Shown: piece by piece, positions 40,365 through 50,560 of the stretch
Numbering within the stretch: the stretch's first letter is position 1
Layout of the letters: every line of letters begins with the position of its first letter
From: Convolutriloba macropyga
Lineage: Eukaryota
Length of the DNA: 64,000 nucleotides
NCBI RefSeq assembly: GCF_964194025.1
Contig: NC_134480.1
Coordinates: forward strand, 21,142,001 to 21,206,000
Direction of reading: 5' to 3'
Translations under genes and position numbers: made by a program
Notes under the pieces: generated by a model
Told to the model about the DNA's origin: nothing
Seen by the model: only the letters and a program-made list of their open reading frames with translations
Database searches by the model: none

Positions 40365-41175
40365 AACTGAAGAAACTATGCGAATTGCAAGTAGTTTTTA
40401 CAACGCGGAAATTAAGATCGTGGCTCCCCTCCCTGAAATCATCTTTCGATAGAGACCTGAAATCCCACGTGGTATATGAGATTAAATGTAACGGATGCGG
40501 ATCCATCTATGTTGGGCAAACAAGCCGGCATGTTACCACAAGGATAACAGAACATCAAAAGAAGGATTCACAGGCGGGTCAACATCTGGTTGAATGTCGT
40601 GGCGCCACGAATGACATTGATTGGAAAATTCTGGACGCCTGTCGGACAATAGAAAAACTAATTATTATCGGAGCTATATATATCAGCAAGCTGAAGCCGG
40701 CATTAAACACACGCGATGAATATAGGGGGAGGGAACTCACGCCAAAATATTAGTTCAAATCATAATTTTGACTAGATGAGAATACATAGGGCAAAAAACA
40801 TTTTGTGCATGACAAAACGAAATTTGCAAAACCTCCACAAGAGGGATACTTATGGTTAGGGCAAATTCGGAATAACCCTAAACATACAAGAACATGGCCA
40901 AAATTGAAAAATCCGGAATAGGAATGTTTTTAAATAAATTGATAACAGATGTAAATATGAGTTGTAAATAGGCTAAATATTGTATATAGGGAAAAATTTT
41001 CGATTGATTTTGTAGATTAGTTCCTAGAATTGTTTTAATTGTCGTCTCAGACAAATTTAAATACATATTCATTTTATCTTTTAACAATTTGTCAAACAGT
41101 TTTAACCTGACGATGAACGTAAAGTTCGAAAACCTTTGTTTTAAATATTGGAAGTAATTTTAATTTGACAAATTG
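40365..41175 (+). mobile_element. 5'-truncated Penelope-like element: GIY-YIG endonuclease C-terminus (ORF to 40753) plus 3' pseudo-LTR region
   Basis: KLKKLCELQVVFTTRKL...VVYEIKCNGCGSIYVGQTSRHVTTRITEH...QH...AIYISKLKPALN is the Penelope GIY-YIG signature with the CxxC insert. Confidence 0.9.
41085..41175 (+). ncRNA. Type I minimal hammerhead ribozyme motif of the Penelope element
   Basis: CTGACGA (41107) T GAAC-GTAAA-GTTC GAAA (41128), very short stem III, stem I TTTAAC/GTT..AAA, extended by a perfect 12-bp inverted repeat CAATTTGTCAAA (41085-41096) / TTTGACAAATTG (41164-41175). Confidence 0.65.
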
Positions 41176-41261
41176 GTTTCCTTTACATTAAAGAAATTCA
41201 ATTGCTTTGACGCAGCTCTAAAAGAGTTAGAGTGCCTTGTGTTTAAAATTATCTAGGATGC

Positions 41262-42051
41262 TGTTGGAGCTGAGCTTAAGGAATAACAAGCTTGCATAGG
41301 CGGGGAAAATAGAAACAAAACACTTTCTGATGTCTTAGTCATTTAATAGTTATAGTTATAGTTCTAGTTCTAGTTACAGTTTGTCACGTGAGAAAAAGGG
41401 AGAAAAAGGGGGAAATAACAAAAAAGCAACACAAAGAACTCAACGTAGTAGCCGCAGAAAACGGCTGAAAGTATAACTCAGCAAAATATTGCAAAACAAA
41501 TTGTCTTGAGCAGTAAATAACGTGTTACTGTGTCTTGAACTAGAAATATTCCTGAGCAGTAAATTGTTACTGTGTCTTGTATTCAAAATATTATTCTTGA
41601 GCAGTAAATTCTGTTACTGTGTCTTGTATCTACAAATTATTGGAGCTGAAATTCAACTGTTACAACCCCAACTTCTGGCATTCTCAACTTGTGAGTACAA
41701 AAAGCAAAAGCCAACTTAAGTTTGAATTTAAATATTTTTGCACAAACAGATCTTAGACATATATCTTTGTCTTCGATTTGTTTTTTCTATCGGATTGAAC
41801 TGGTATACATAAAGAGATCCCGTATTGTGTGATCTGTAGCAATCCAGTTCAAATTGATAGTTGAAAAAACTAAGATCAGCGAATAGTTACGAACTAAAAT
41901 AGTTAATGCAACGGTAAGTACAGCAGAGCGGATATACAGTTACAAAAGCGAACTGCATAAACGAAGTATCCGGACAGATTTTGTAACCACTCAGAACGAA
42001 CTGGGCGGTGTAAAACTTTCTTTGTGAAACACAAGGAGAGCAGCCGTTACA
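41262..42051 (+). repeat. 5' LTR (790 bp)
   Basis: TGTTGGAGC...CCGTTACA; about five transitions versus the 3' LTR by eye; three internal ~45-bp repeats at 41505-41630. Confidence 0.97.
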
Positions 42052-42053
42052 TT

Positions 42054-42070
42054 TGGTCCGCCGACCCGGA
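42054..42070 (+). promoter_or_regulatory. Primer-binding site, tRNA-Tyr type
   Basis: TGGTCCGCCGACCCGGA 2 nt after the LTR; close to the complement of metazoan tRNA-Tyr 3' ends (...TCCGGCTCGA.GGACCA). Confidence 0.75.
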
Positions 42071-42269
42071 CAGTGGAATAAACTGCTGTCTAACCCAACA
42101 GTCGAAGTGACGAAGTCATCGACGAACGAGAACAAAACCCAACGAACATTTCAACAGCGCAAAGCCAATTAGGCAAAGCAAATAGGAACGTTGAAAAGCA
42201 AAACTCAATTAAAGCAAACAAACAAAGGAGTTGTAGAGATTCAAGCTGCAGTCCCGAAGTACACAAGAA

Positions 42270-45200
42270 GTGACTCCGTCACAGAGTCAAAGCGTTTTGG
42301 ATCGACAGATCAACAACTTGCGAAACAACTGGTTTGAGAAACAGGAAGAAGGTTTTGACCTCATTGAGAAGCGAGATCGACCAAGCAGGCTCAAGACTCT
42401 TTATCAGCAGATACTGCAATTGGACGACAGCATTCAAAAACTCGTGAATAAGAAAGCTGAGACTCTCCGAGACCCAGATATTTCTTTAAAACGCAAACTT
42501 GAGAGAGAAAAATACTTTCAATATTTGAACGCAGAGTAGTTACCGTATATCCACGGAGAGACAAACATGTCAAGCCAGCAAAGCCAGTCAACTCTTCATG
42601 CCAATGAAGAGCAACCGCCTGCAAATAATGTGCGTCAGTTAGAACAAAACGTTGGAATTCCAGAGTTTAACCAAAACCATGGTAACACAAGCAATGCAAC
42701 GACGAATACGGTTACACGGACAATCAACCAGGATACAGAAAACGCTTCGGAAACATCTTCAGTGAAACGTCAGGTTGAAGAACGAATAAAAGAATTTGAA
42801 ATTGAATTTGAAAGAAAGTTGCAAATCGAACGAGCACAATTTGATCGAAAGAGGTTGGATCTAGAAATGCAAATGAAAGAACTAGAGATGCAACATCAGC
42901 TTCGGGAAAAAGAGCGAGACCTAGAGCGCCAATTGCAAAGAACAGCATTGGAGAAAGATGACTTACGTTCTCAATCGACTGAGGCGCGTGACAAGTCACC
43001 TTTCAATTGGACCCCAAAAGGGAGAGATGTCTCGGAGTGGGCGAATTCGATGAACGACACGCGAACGCCAATTCGACCAAGAGCTCGCTTTGACGTCAGC
43101 CCTGAACGGAAAAAGCATAGGCATTACCCATGGTACCCAAACTCCCGTGAACGCTCAGTAAGTGCTGAAGAGCGGGATATATCGCCGATAGCTGGAAGAC
43201 CCTACAACACTGAACATTCAAGCAGTAGTTTACCAAAATTGAGGTTGAACAATTTTGACGGAAACCCGCTGGAGTGGCCTGAGTGGTCTAGCATGTTCAT
43301 AGCAACAGTAGATAAACGCACGATTCCCGACTCAGAAAAAATGAGCCATTTGAAGACTCTGCTAACAGGCAAAGCAAAATCTGCAATCTCTGGAATGGGC
43401 TATTCTGGACAGTTTTATAGTGCTGCCTGGAACATTTTAGAAAGAAAATTTGGAAGACCGCATGTAATTATAGATGCGCAGCTCGAGAGACTACGAAAAG
43501 CTAATCAAGTGAAACCTCATGATAAAACCAGCCTGATTAATTTTTCTGTTATTGTATCTAACTTCGTGAACGTGCTCAAAGAGTACAAACATATTGGTGA
43601 TTTGCAATCAAGTTCGACATTGTACATGGCAGTTGATAAGCTACCTCAAGTTCTTAAAGAAAAATGGTGGTTCTACGTCGATGACAAAGACGAGGACTGG
43701 CCTGACCTTATCATGTTTGAAAAAGGGCTATCACGAATGGCATTCGTGCATGAAGGGTTTTCAGCGTTTAAAGGGGAACGCAAAGAAGAAGACAGACGCA
43801 ACACAAATAGAGAAAAACGATTCTCGAAGACATCGAACTTCAGTGCAAGTTCAAACCTGCAAGAAACCAAGCAAACGCAAAGCGATCAGTGTCCATTAGC
43901 CGATGGCACTCATAAAATTTGGAACTGTCCGTCATTCAAAAACATGAGTGTGAATGATCGATACGTGGCAGTGAGGAAAGAACGCTTATGTTATGGATGT
44001 CTGGGGAAAGGGCATGCAATCAAAGATTGTAATGTCCACCCGTGCGGTATAAATGGATGTACAAAAAAGCACAACAGACTGCTACACTCAGAAAACCGAA
44101 TGGACGAGGGTAGTCACGCAGTTAACGTAAGCGCAGCAACAATCAACCAGAGTAACCAAGTTACTAGTTTTCTTCAAATAGTTCCGGTATCGGTTCAGAG
44201 TGGTGGTAACAGGCTGACTACCTATGCTTTCCTCGATAGTGGGTCAACAGTTTCGTTCATTGATCAAAGCATTAAAGATCAACTACAAACCAAAGGCACG
44301 GACGTTACCTTGAACATAGCTGGCATACATGGGACGCAAGATTTGAGGACAGAGAAGGTTCCTATCACAATAAAGGGACTACATTCAAAGGTGCATTCAA
44401 TTGAAGCGTTTGCACACCCATCAATCTCGTTGGGAAACACAACATATGACTACAAGGAACTGAAGAACAAATTCAGACACCTGAATGTTCTCACTAACAG
44501 AACATTCAACCTGATGGAAGTAGGCATCATACTTGGATAAGATGCCTACGAAATTCAACGTCCATTGGACTATAAGATTGGAACACGAAGTGAGCCTTTC
44601 GCCGTCTTAACAGAATGAGGATGGGTAGTCATTGGTCCCATGACAGGCAAGAAAAGTCAAAATGTTTGTCATTTCGCCTCTACAGAAGATGTGAAAGTGG
44701 CAGAAAATATCCAATCATGGTGGGACATAGAAACTTATGCTTCCAAAATAAATGTTGTAAGTCAATCAAAGAAAGAGCAACAAGCTCAGAAGTTTCTAGA
44801 GAGCACTACAAAGTTTACAGGGGAGCGGTACGAAGTGGGCATGCTCTGGAGCGAACCAGAACCCAATCTTCCAAACAACTACGGCTCAGCCCTTGGTCAG
44901 CTCTACTCACTGGAACGAAGGTTCCAACGAGACCCAAATTTGAAAGAATTGTATCAACAGTCAATTGATACAGATGTTGAAAAGGGATTTGTGAAGATCC
45001 TTGGTAAATCCGAAGTCAAAGGCACTTTCGGAAAAGAATGGTATTTGCCACACCATCCAGTACTAAACCCCAACAAACCGGGTAAAGTTCGCCGTGTTTG
45101 CAACGCTGCAGCAAAATACAAGGACGTATGCCTAAATGACAAGCTGTTAGCCGGACCCGATCTACTAAACGGATTGATCGGAACAATATTCAGATTTCGA

Positions 45201-48049
45201 GAAGGACCAATTGCCCTAACCGCAGATATTGAATCAATGTTTCTGCAAGTGCAAGTTCCTGAACGGGATAAAAGCTGCTTGAGATTCCTGTGGCGATCAA
45301 CAATGAACAAACCTGTGCAAATTTACGAGTATCAGCGTCATGTTTTCGGAGCAAAGAGTTCACCAACATGTGCCAACTACGCTCTGAAGCGAGTAGCGAC
45401 CGATAACGAAGACGAGTTCCCAATTGCAGCAAAAACAATCCAAAACAACTTCTACATGGACGATTTCATCAAGTCAGTCGAAATACCTGAAGAAGCAATC
45501 AAAGTTTTCAAACAACTGCAACCTCTTCTCTCAAAACATGGATTTGAACTGAAGAAGTGGATCACCAACAGCGAATTGGTAACCAACGCAATCCCAGAGG
45601 ACTTAAGATCAATCAGCAAAACAAAGCAGGTTGAAGTAGAACCCAGCCAGGAAGGGTCATCGGTGCTTGGGCTTCAGTGGACGATTACCGATGATAGTCT
45701 ACAGGTTTGTAGAGGTACAAGCAAAGAAGTTGAGACCCCAATCACCCAAAGGAAGATCTTATCTCTAGTTTCTTCAGTGTTTGATCCTCTTGGACTGTTT
45801 GCACCATTCAGTGTCCATATGAGACGACTCTTGAAGAGCATCTGGACCAAAAATGGACAACATTGGGACAACTCAGTAGAACCTAACGAAGAAGAAGAGT
45901 TTCTGAAGTGGAAGGCGCAGCTTCCAGAAGTAGCAGAAACCAGCATTGATAGAAGATACTTCAGCACAGCCGAGGACAAATGGGAACTTCATGTGTTTGC
46001 CGACGCATCTGAAGACACAATGTGCGCTGTGGCATACCTACGTTCAAAGCCCAAAGAATACTCAGCAGACTTAGCATTTGTAATCGGAAAGTGCAGAGTC
46101 GCACCGATGCGACACCTTTCCATACCACGCTTGGAACTACAAGCAGCAGTGATGGCAGTGAGACTTAAAGAACAGATAGTGAAGGAACACGAATCGAAGA
46201 TTCAGAGTTGCAACTTTTGGTCAGACTCCACTACTGTACTGCAATGGATTCATAGCTCCCACCGTAAGCAACAGGTGTTTGTTGCAAACAGAGTGGCTGA
46301 GATTTCGGACACAACTAATGTTTCACAGTGGAATCATGTGAGTGTATTAACAATCCAGCTGACATCGGGATACGAGCGATCAATGTTGACGAACTTAAAA
46401 GAAGTGAATGGCTCACTGGGCCGGCCTGGTTGAAGCAACGAGAGAACGAATGGCCTGAATAGGTGAATTTATCATTTGCCTCAGACGAACAAAACGACCA
46501 AATGGTCTTCTCAGCTAAGGTTGAAGAGAAGAAGCCGCTGATTCAGTGGGAACGATTCAGCAATTACAACCGACTAGTAAATACAATGGCATACATACAG
46601 CGTGTATTCAAAAAACACAAACCGGCAACAAAAACACTAAGTGTTGAAGAAAGAGAGGATGCACAAGCAAGCATCTTCAGACTACTGCAGCAAGAACAGT
46701 TTACTGAAGAGATGAAATCTCTCAAGGCTGAAAGGGAAATTCCAAAAAACAGCAAAATCCTCCAGTTTTCACCATTCATAGACCAGCAAGGACTTATTCG
46801 TGCTCAAGGCAGAATAGGTAAAAGTCATCTGAACTTCGAAACCAAGCATCCAATACTGTTACATTGGAAGCGCCATGTAGTTGAATTATTCTTGCAAAAT
46901 GAACATAAGAATAATCACCACGAAGGTACTGAACATGTCAGAAACATAGTTCAGCAGAAATTCTGGATCCTAGGCATACGAAATGCTTTGAGATCGATTA
47001 AAAACAAATGCATTAGATGTCGAAAGGGAAAAGCCCAAACAAAGGCACCAGTAATGGCAAATCTACCTGAAGAACGATTAGTTGCATCAACAGTGTTCTC
47101 GAATGTGGGCGTAGACTATTTTGGACCATTCACAGTAAAGATTGGTCGAAGAAACGAAAAGCGTTGGTGTTGTCTATTCACATGCCTTACTGTACGTGCG
47201 GTACATATAGAGATTGCACCAAAACTAGACACTGATTGTTGTCTGAACGCAATTATGCGATTCATTGCACGAAGAGGCAAACCGGTCAAAATGATTAGCG
47301 ATAACGGGACAAACTTCGTTGGAGCTGAAAAAGAACTGGCAGAGTATATAGCACCATGGAACAGGGTGCGAATTGAAGAACATCTGATTCAACAAGGTAT
47401 CAGATGAAAGTTCAACCCACCTGCAGCACCACACTTTGGAGGAGTGTGGGAAAGACTGGTTAGGAGTTGCAAGAAGGCAATGTACGCAGTGCTGGGCAAT
47501 CGATCAGTCACGGAGGATGTTCTGTCAACCAGGATGTGTCTTGTTGAACAGACGCTGAATGCTAGACCGCTGACACAAGTCAGTTCTGATGCTACCGATT
47601 TAGAAGCTATTACTCCAAACAATTTCCCACTTGGCAACAAGAACCTTTGTTTACCGTATCTATCAGGTGCAGAGCAATTTGTTGATCATAGAAAGCTCTT
47701 CCGACAAACACAAGCTTACGCAGACCTCATCTGGGACAGATTCCGTAAAGAATACTTGCCAACGTTGAATAGTCGAAAGAAATGGCCGACCACAACGGAC
47801 AGAAGTCTTCAGCAGGGTGATCTTGTGTGGTTAGTGGAAGACAGTGACAAACGTGGATATTACGATCTGGGTCGAATAATCGAAACCTTTGAAGGTTCCG
47901 ACGGAGTGATTCGATCAGCGAAAATCCGAACAAAAGATGGATACTACAAGAGGCCCGTAGTGAAGCTCGCTCCAGTACTTCCAACTGACGATGATGTTTT
48001 CACGAAGGAAAACAGGGCCGGCGCTGTTGGAGCTGAGCTTAAGGAATAA
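42270..48049 (+). pseudogene. BEL/Pao gag-pol polyprotein, disrupted
   Basis: One ancestral ORF broken by stops at 42537 (TAG), 44538 (TAA), about 44616 (TGA), 46460 (TAG) and 47405 (TGA), plus a -1 frameshift near 46345; the terminal stop lies inside the 3' LTR. Confidence 0.92.
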
Positions 48050-48814
48050 CAAGCCTGCATAGGCGGGGAAAATAGAAACAGAACATTTTCTGATGTCTTA
48101 GTCATTTAATAGTTATAGTTATAGTTCTAGTTCTAGTTACAGTTTGTCACGTGAGAAAAAAGGAGAAAAAGGGGGAAATAACAAAAAAGCAACACAAAGA
48201 ACTCAACGTAGTAGCCGCAGAAAACGGCTGAAAGTATAACTCAGCAAAATATTGCAAAACAAATTGTCTTGAGCAGTAAATAACGTGTTACTGTGTCTTG
48301 AACTAGAAATATTCCTGAGCAGTAAATTGTTACTGTGTCTTGTATTCAAAATATTATTCTTGAGCAGTAAATTCTGTTACTGTGTCTTGTATCTACGAAT
48401 TATTGGAGCTGAAATTCAACTGTTACAACCCCAACTTCTGGCATTCTCAACTTGTGAGTACAAAAAGCAAAAGCCAACTTAAGTTTGAATTTAAATATTT
48501 TTGCACAAACAGATCTTAGACATATATCTTTGTCTTCGATTTGTTTTTTCTATCGGATTGAACTGGTATACATAAAGAGATCCCGTATTGTGTGATCTGT
48601 AGCAATCCAGTTCAAATTGATAGTTGAAAAAACTAAGATCAGCGAATAGTTACGAACTAAAATAGTTAATGCAACGGTAAGTACAGCAGAGCGGATATAC
48701 AGTTACAAAAGCGAACTGCATAAACGAAGTATCCGGACAGATTTTGTAACCACTCAGAACGAACTGGGCGGTGTAAAACTTTCTTTGTGAAACACAAGGA
48801 GAGCAGCCGTTACA
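48025..48814 (+). repeat. 3' LTR (790 bp)
   Basis: Near-identical to the 5' LTR; preceded by purine-rich AAGGAAAACAGGGCCGGCG; followed by the TSD GATGC. Confidence 0.97.
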
Positions 48815-48999
48815 GATGCAGTGATGTTTATGTTTCTATTTCTCATGACGCAGCTCTAAAAGAGCGATAGTGCCATGTCTTTAAAATTATGTACGATGCA
48901 GCGATGTCTTATAGTACGGGAGCAGTACTCATCGATTGGATTGTCCCACAAGGCTTAAGAGCAAACCCCCTTTATTTTCCATTTTGATTTTTAAAAAAA

Positions 49000-49330
49000 A
49001 AATAGAAAGCGCAAGCATACATCAATTGCATTTCAAAGCGATGGTTGAAGGATCGTACTCCCCAGCGAAACATCCGTTCAGAGAGGACAAAATAAGGATA
49101 TCAAAACTTGAAAACAAAGGCATATTGGTCTGGATTGTAGACGACCAAGCAAATTATTGAGACTACAAGATGGGACGCGCTATAAAGTTCATCCAGTATG
49201 TGATGGCATTTTGCGATCAGCCCTAATGAAAGTAGGAGATGGAAATGTACCAAAAAGACCTGTTAAATTGGCGCGAGCTCTTAATTGCCTTCGGAATGAA
49301 AACAGGGCCGGCTATGTTGGCGCTTCATTA
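49000..49330 (+). mobile_element. Older BEL/Pao 3'-end relic (integrase C-terminus, PPT-like tract, LTR start at 49315)
   Basis: KAQAYINCISKRWLKD, ILVWIVDD, DGILRSALMK...KRPVKLA...ENRAGYVG parallel the C-terminus of the young BEL; GAAAACAGGGCCGGC is followed by TGTTGG as at 48008-48030. Confidence 0.8.
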
Positions 49331-49606
49331 TGTATCAGGGCAGGGTTTCCTCTCGAGGAACCCCTTCGTTGACAAGCCGTGTGCTAAAAAACTTCTGCTT
49401 GCATCTTTTTTGTTGCCTGTAGCACAGTGTTGACCTGATTTACTACTTTTCCTTGTTCTCACTAGGCCTTACTTTCTCGGGTTTTCTTAACCAAAAAGTT
49501 AAAATTAAGCATTCATTACTATTATATCTTCTTTACCAAGTATTAAAATGTAATATACATTTTGTCCGGATTTTTGATTAGATCGTGATTTGAAATATAG
49601 GTAAAA

Positions 49607-50560
49607 ATGGATCTGAATCTTCTAATAGAAGCCATAAGTGCGGGTTTGGCTACTCAAATTGGCAAGAAGTTGGGAGTAAGAGGCTATCTCAATCAGAGAG
49701 AGCTCAGTAATTCGTTAATTCCGAACTTTCGCGAGAGCAGTGATAATCGGGGTTACCTTTTCAATCAGAAAAAAAGTAGTCCGATTAGAAGTAGCCTTGC
49801 TAACTTGAAAGGACTCGGAAATTTTGGCATTCATTTTAATCGAGGTGGTAGAATACAAAGAAAAGTATCGATGGGGTCTGCCAATGATTTTCGTAGTAAA
49901 CCATACCAAAATTTGAGCTCTGAGTACGATCAACGGGACAATGCGCTGCAAAGTGATTCGTATGGATTTCAAAATGCTAACAAAAGAAGTGATGTGCAAA
50001 GACCAACCAAGATTGTTATTTCTAACTTAGACTTCAATGTTAATGACGAAGATATCAAAGAACTGTACTTCCAGTTTGGGCAAGTCAAACGGTATGGAGT
50101 ACATTACACTCAAGATGGGAAGTCGCTGGGAACCGCTGAAGTACATTACGAAGACCGTGATAGTGCTTTTAGTGCTTATAAAAAGTATAATAATGTTACT
50201 CTGGACGGGCGTCCTATGCGCATATCAATTCTTGAGCAAAAATTACCTGTCCATCTTAGACTCTCGAGACCTTTCTATCGCTGGTCTCCACGCAATCAGT
50301 ATTCAGGTTTTCCGCAAAGACGATATGATAGATTCCAAAGAAACCGATTGGGTTGGTATCCGAGGAATCAAATCGCCCATCGGCTTGCCAGGAAATTTGT
50401 AAAACGCAGTCAGGATACTTTCTACTATGGGAATCAACGAAGATTTTATGGATACCGTCAAAATGATTATAGAGGTCAAATGAACTCTTGGCCGCCTCGA
50501 AGGAGGAACTTTAGAAACTATGACAGCGGGATGAACCTCAGTTTTGACGAGGATTTGTGA
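49607..50560 (+). CDS. ALYREF: ALYREF/THOC4 (Aly/REF)-like RRM protein, intronless, 317 aa
   Basis: RRM KIVISNLDFNVNDEDIKELYFQFGQVKRYGVHYTQDGKSLGTAEVHY...YNNVTLDGRPMRI closely follows the ALYREF RRM; the ORF is uninterrupted; R/G/N/Y-rich flanks. Orthologue versus paralogue is not resolved. Confidence 0.85.
   Translation: MDLNLLIEAISAGLATQIGKKLGVRGYLNQRELSNSLIPNFRESSDNRGYLFNQKKSSPIRSSLANLKGLGNFGIHFNRGGRIQRKVSMGSANDFRSKPYQNLSSEYDQRDNALQSDSYGFQNANKRSDVQRPTKIVISNLDFNVNDEDIKELYFQFGQVKRYGVHYTQDGKSLGTAEVHYEDRDSAFSAYKKYNNVTLDGRPMRISILEQKLPVHLRLSRPFYRWSPRNQYSGFPQRRYDRFQRNRLGWYPRNQIAHRLARKFVKRSQDTFYYGNQRRFYGYRQNDYRGQMNSWPPRRRNFRNYDSGMNLSFDEDL

Larger units (their letters stand above)
41262..48814 (+). 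mobile_element. Full-length BEL/Pao LTR retrotransposon with 5-bp TSD GATGC (41257-41261 and 48815-48819)
   Basis: Two 790-bp TG...CA LTRs, PBS, gag with three Cys/His knuckles, PR (FLDSGS), RT (FYMDD), RNase H (HVFADAS), IN (DYFGP, SDNGTNF), domain order PR-RT-RH-IN. Confidence 0.97.

Noticed and set aside
41522-41719. 65-aa ORF duplicated at 48285-48482
   Set aside because: A by-product of the LTR internal repeats, with a non-ATG start and no protein features.
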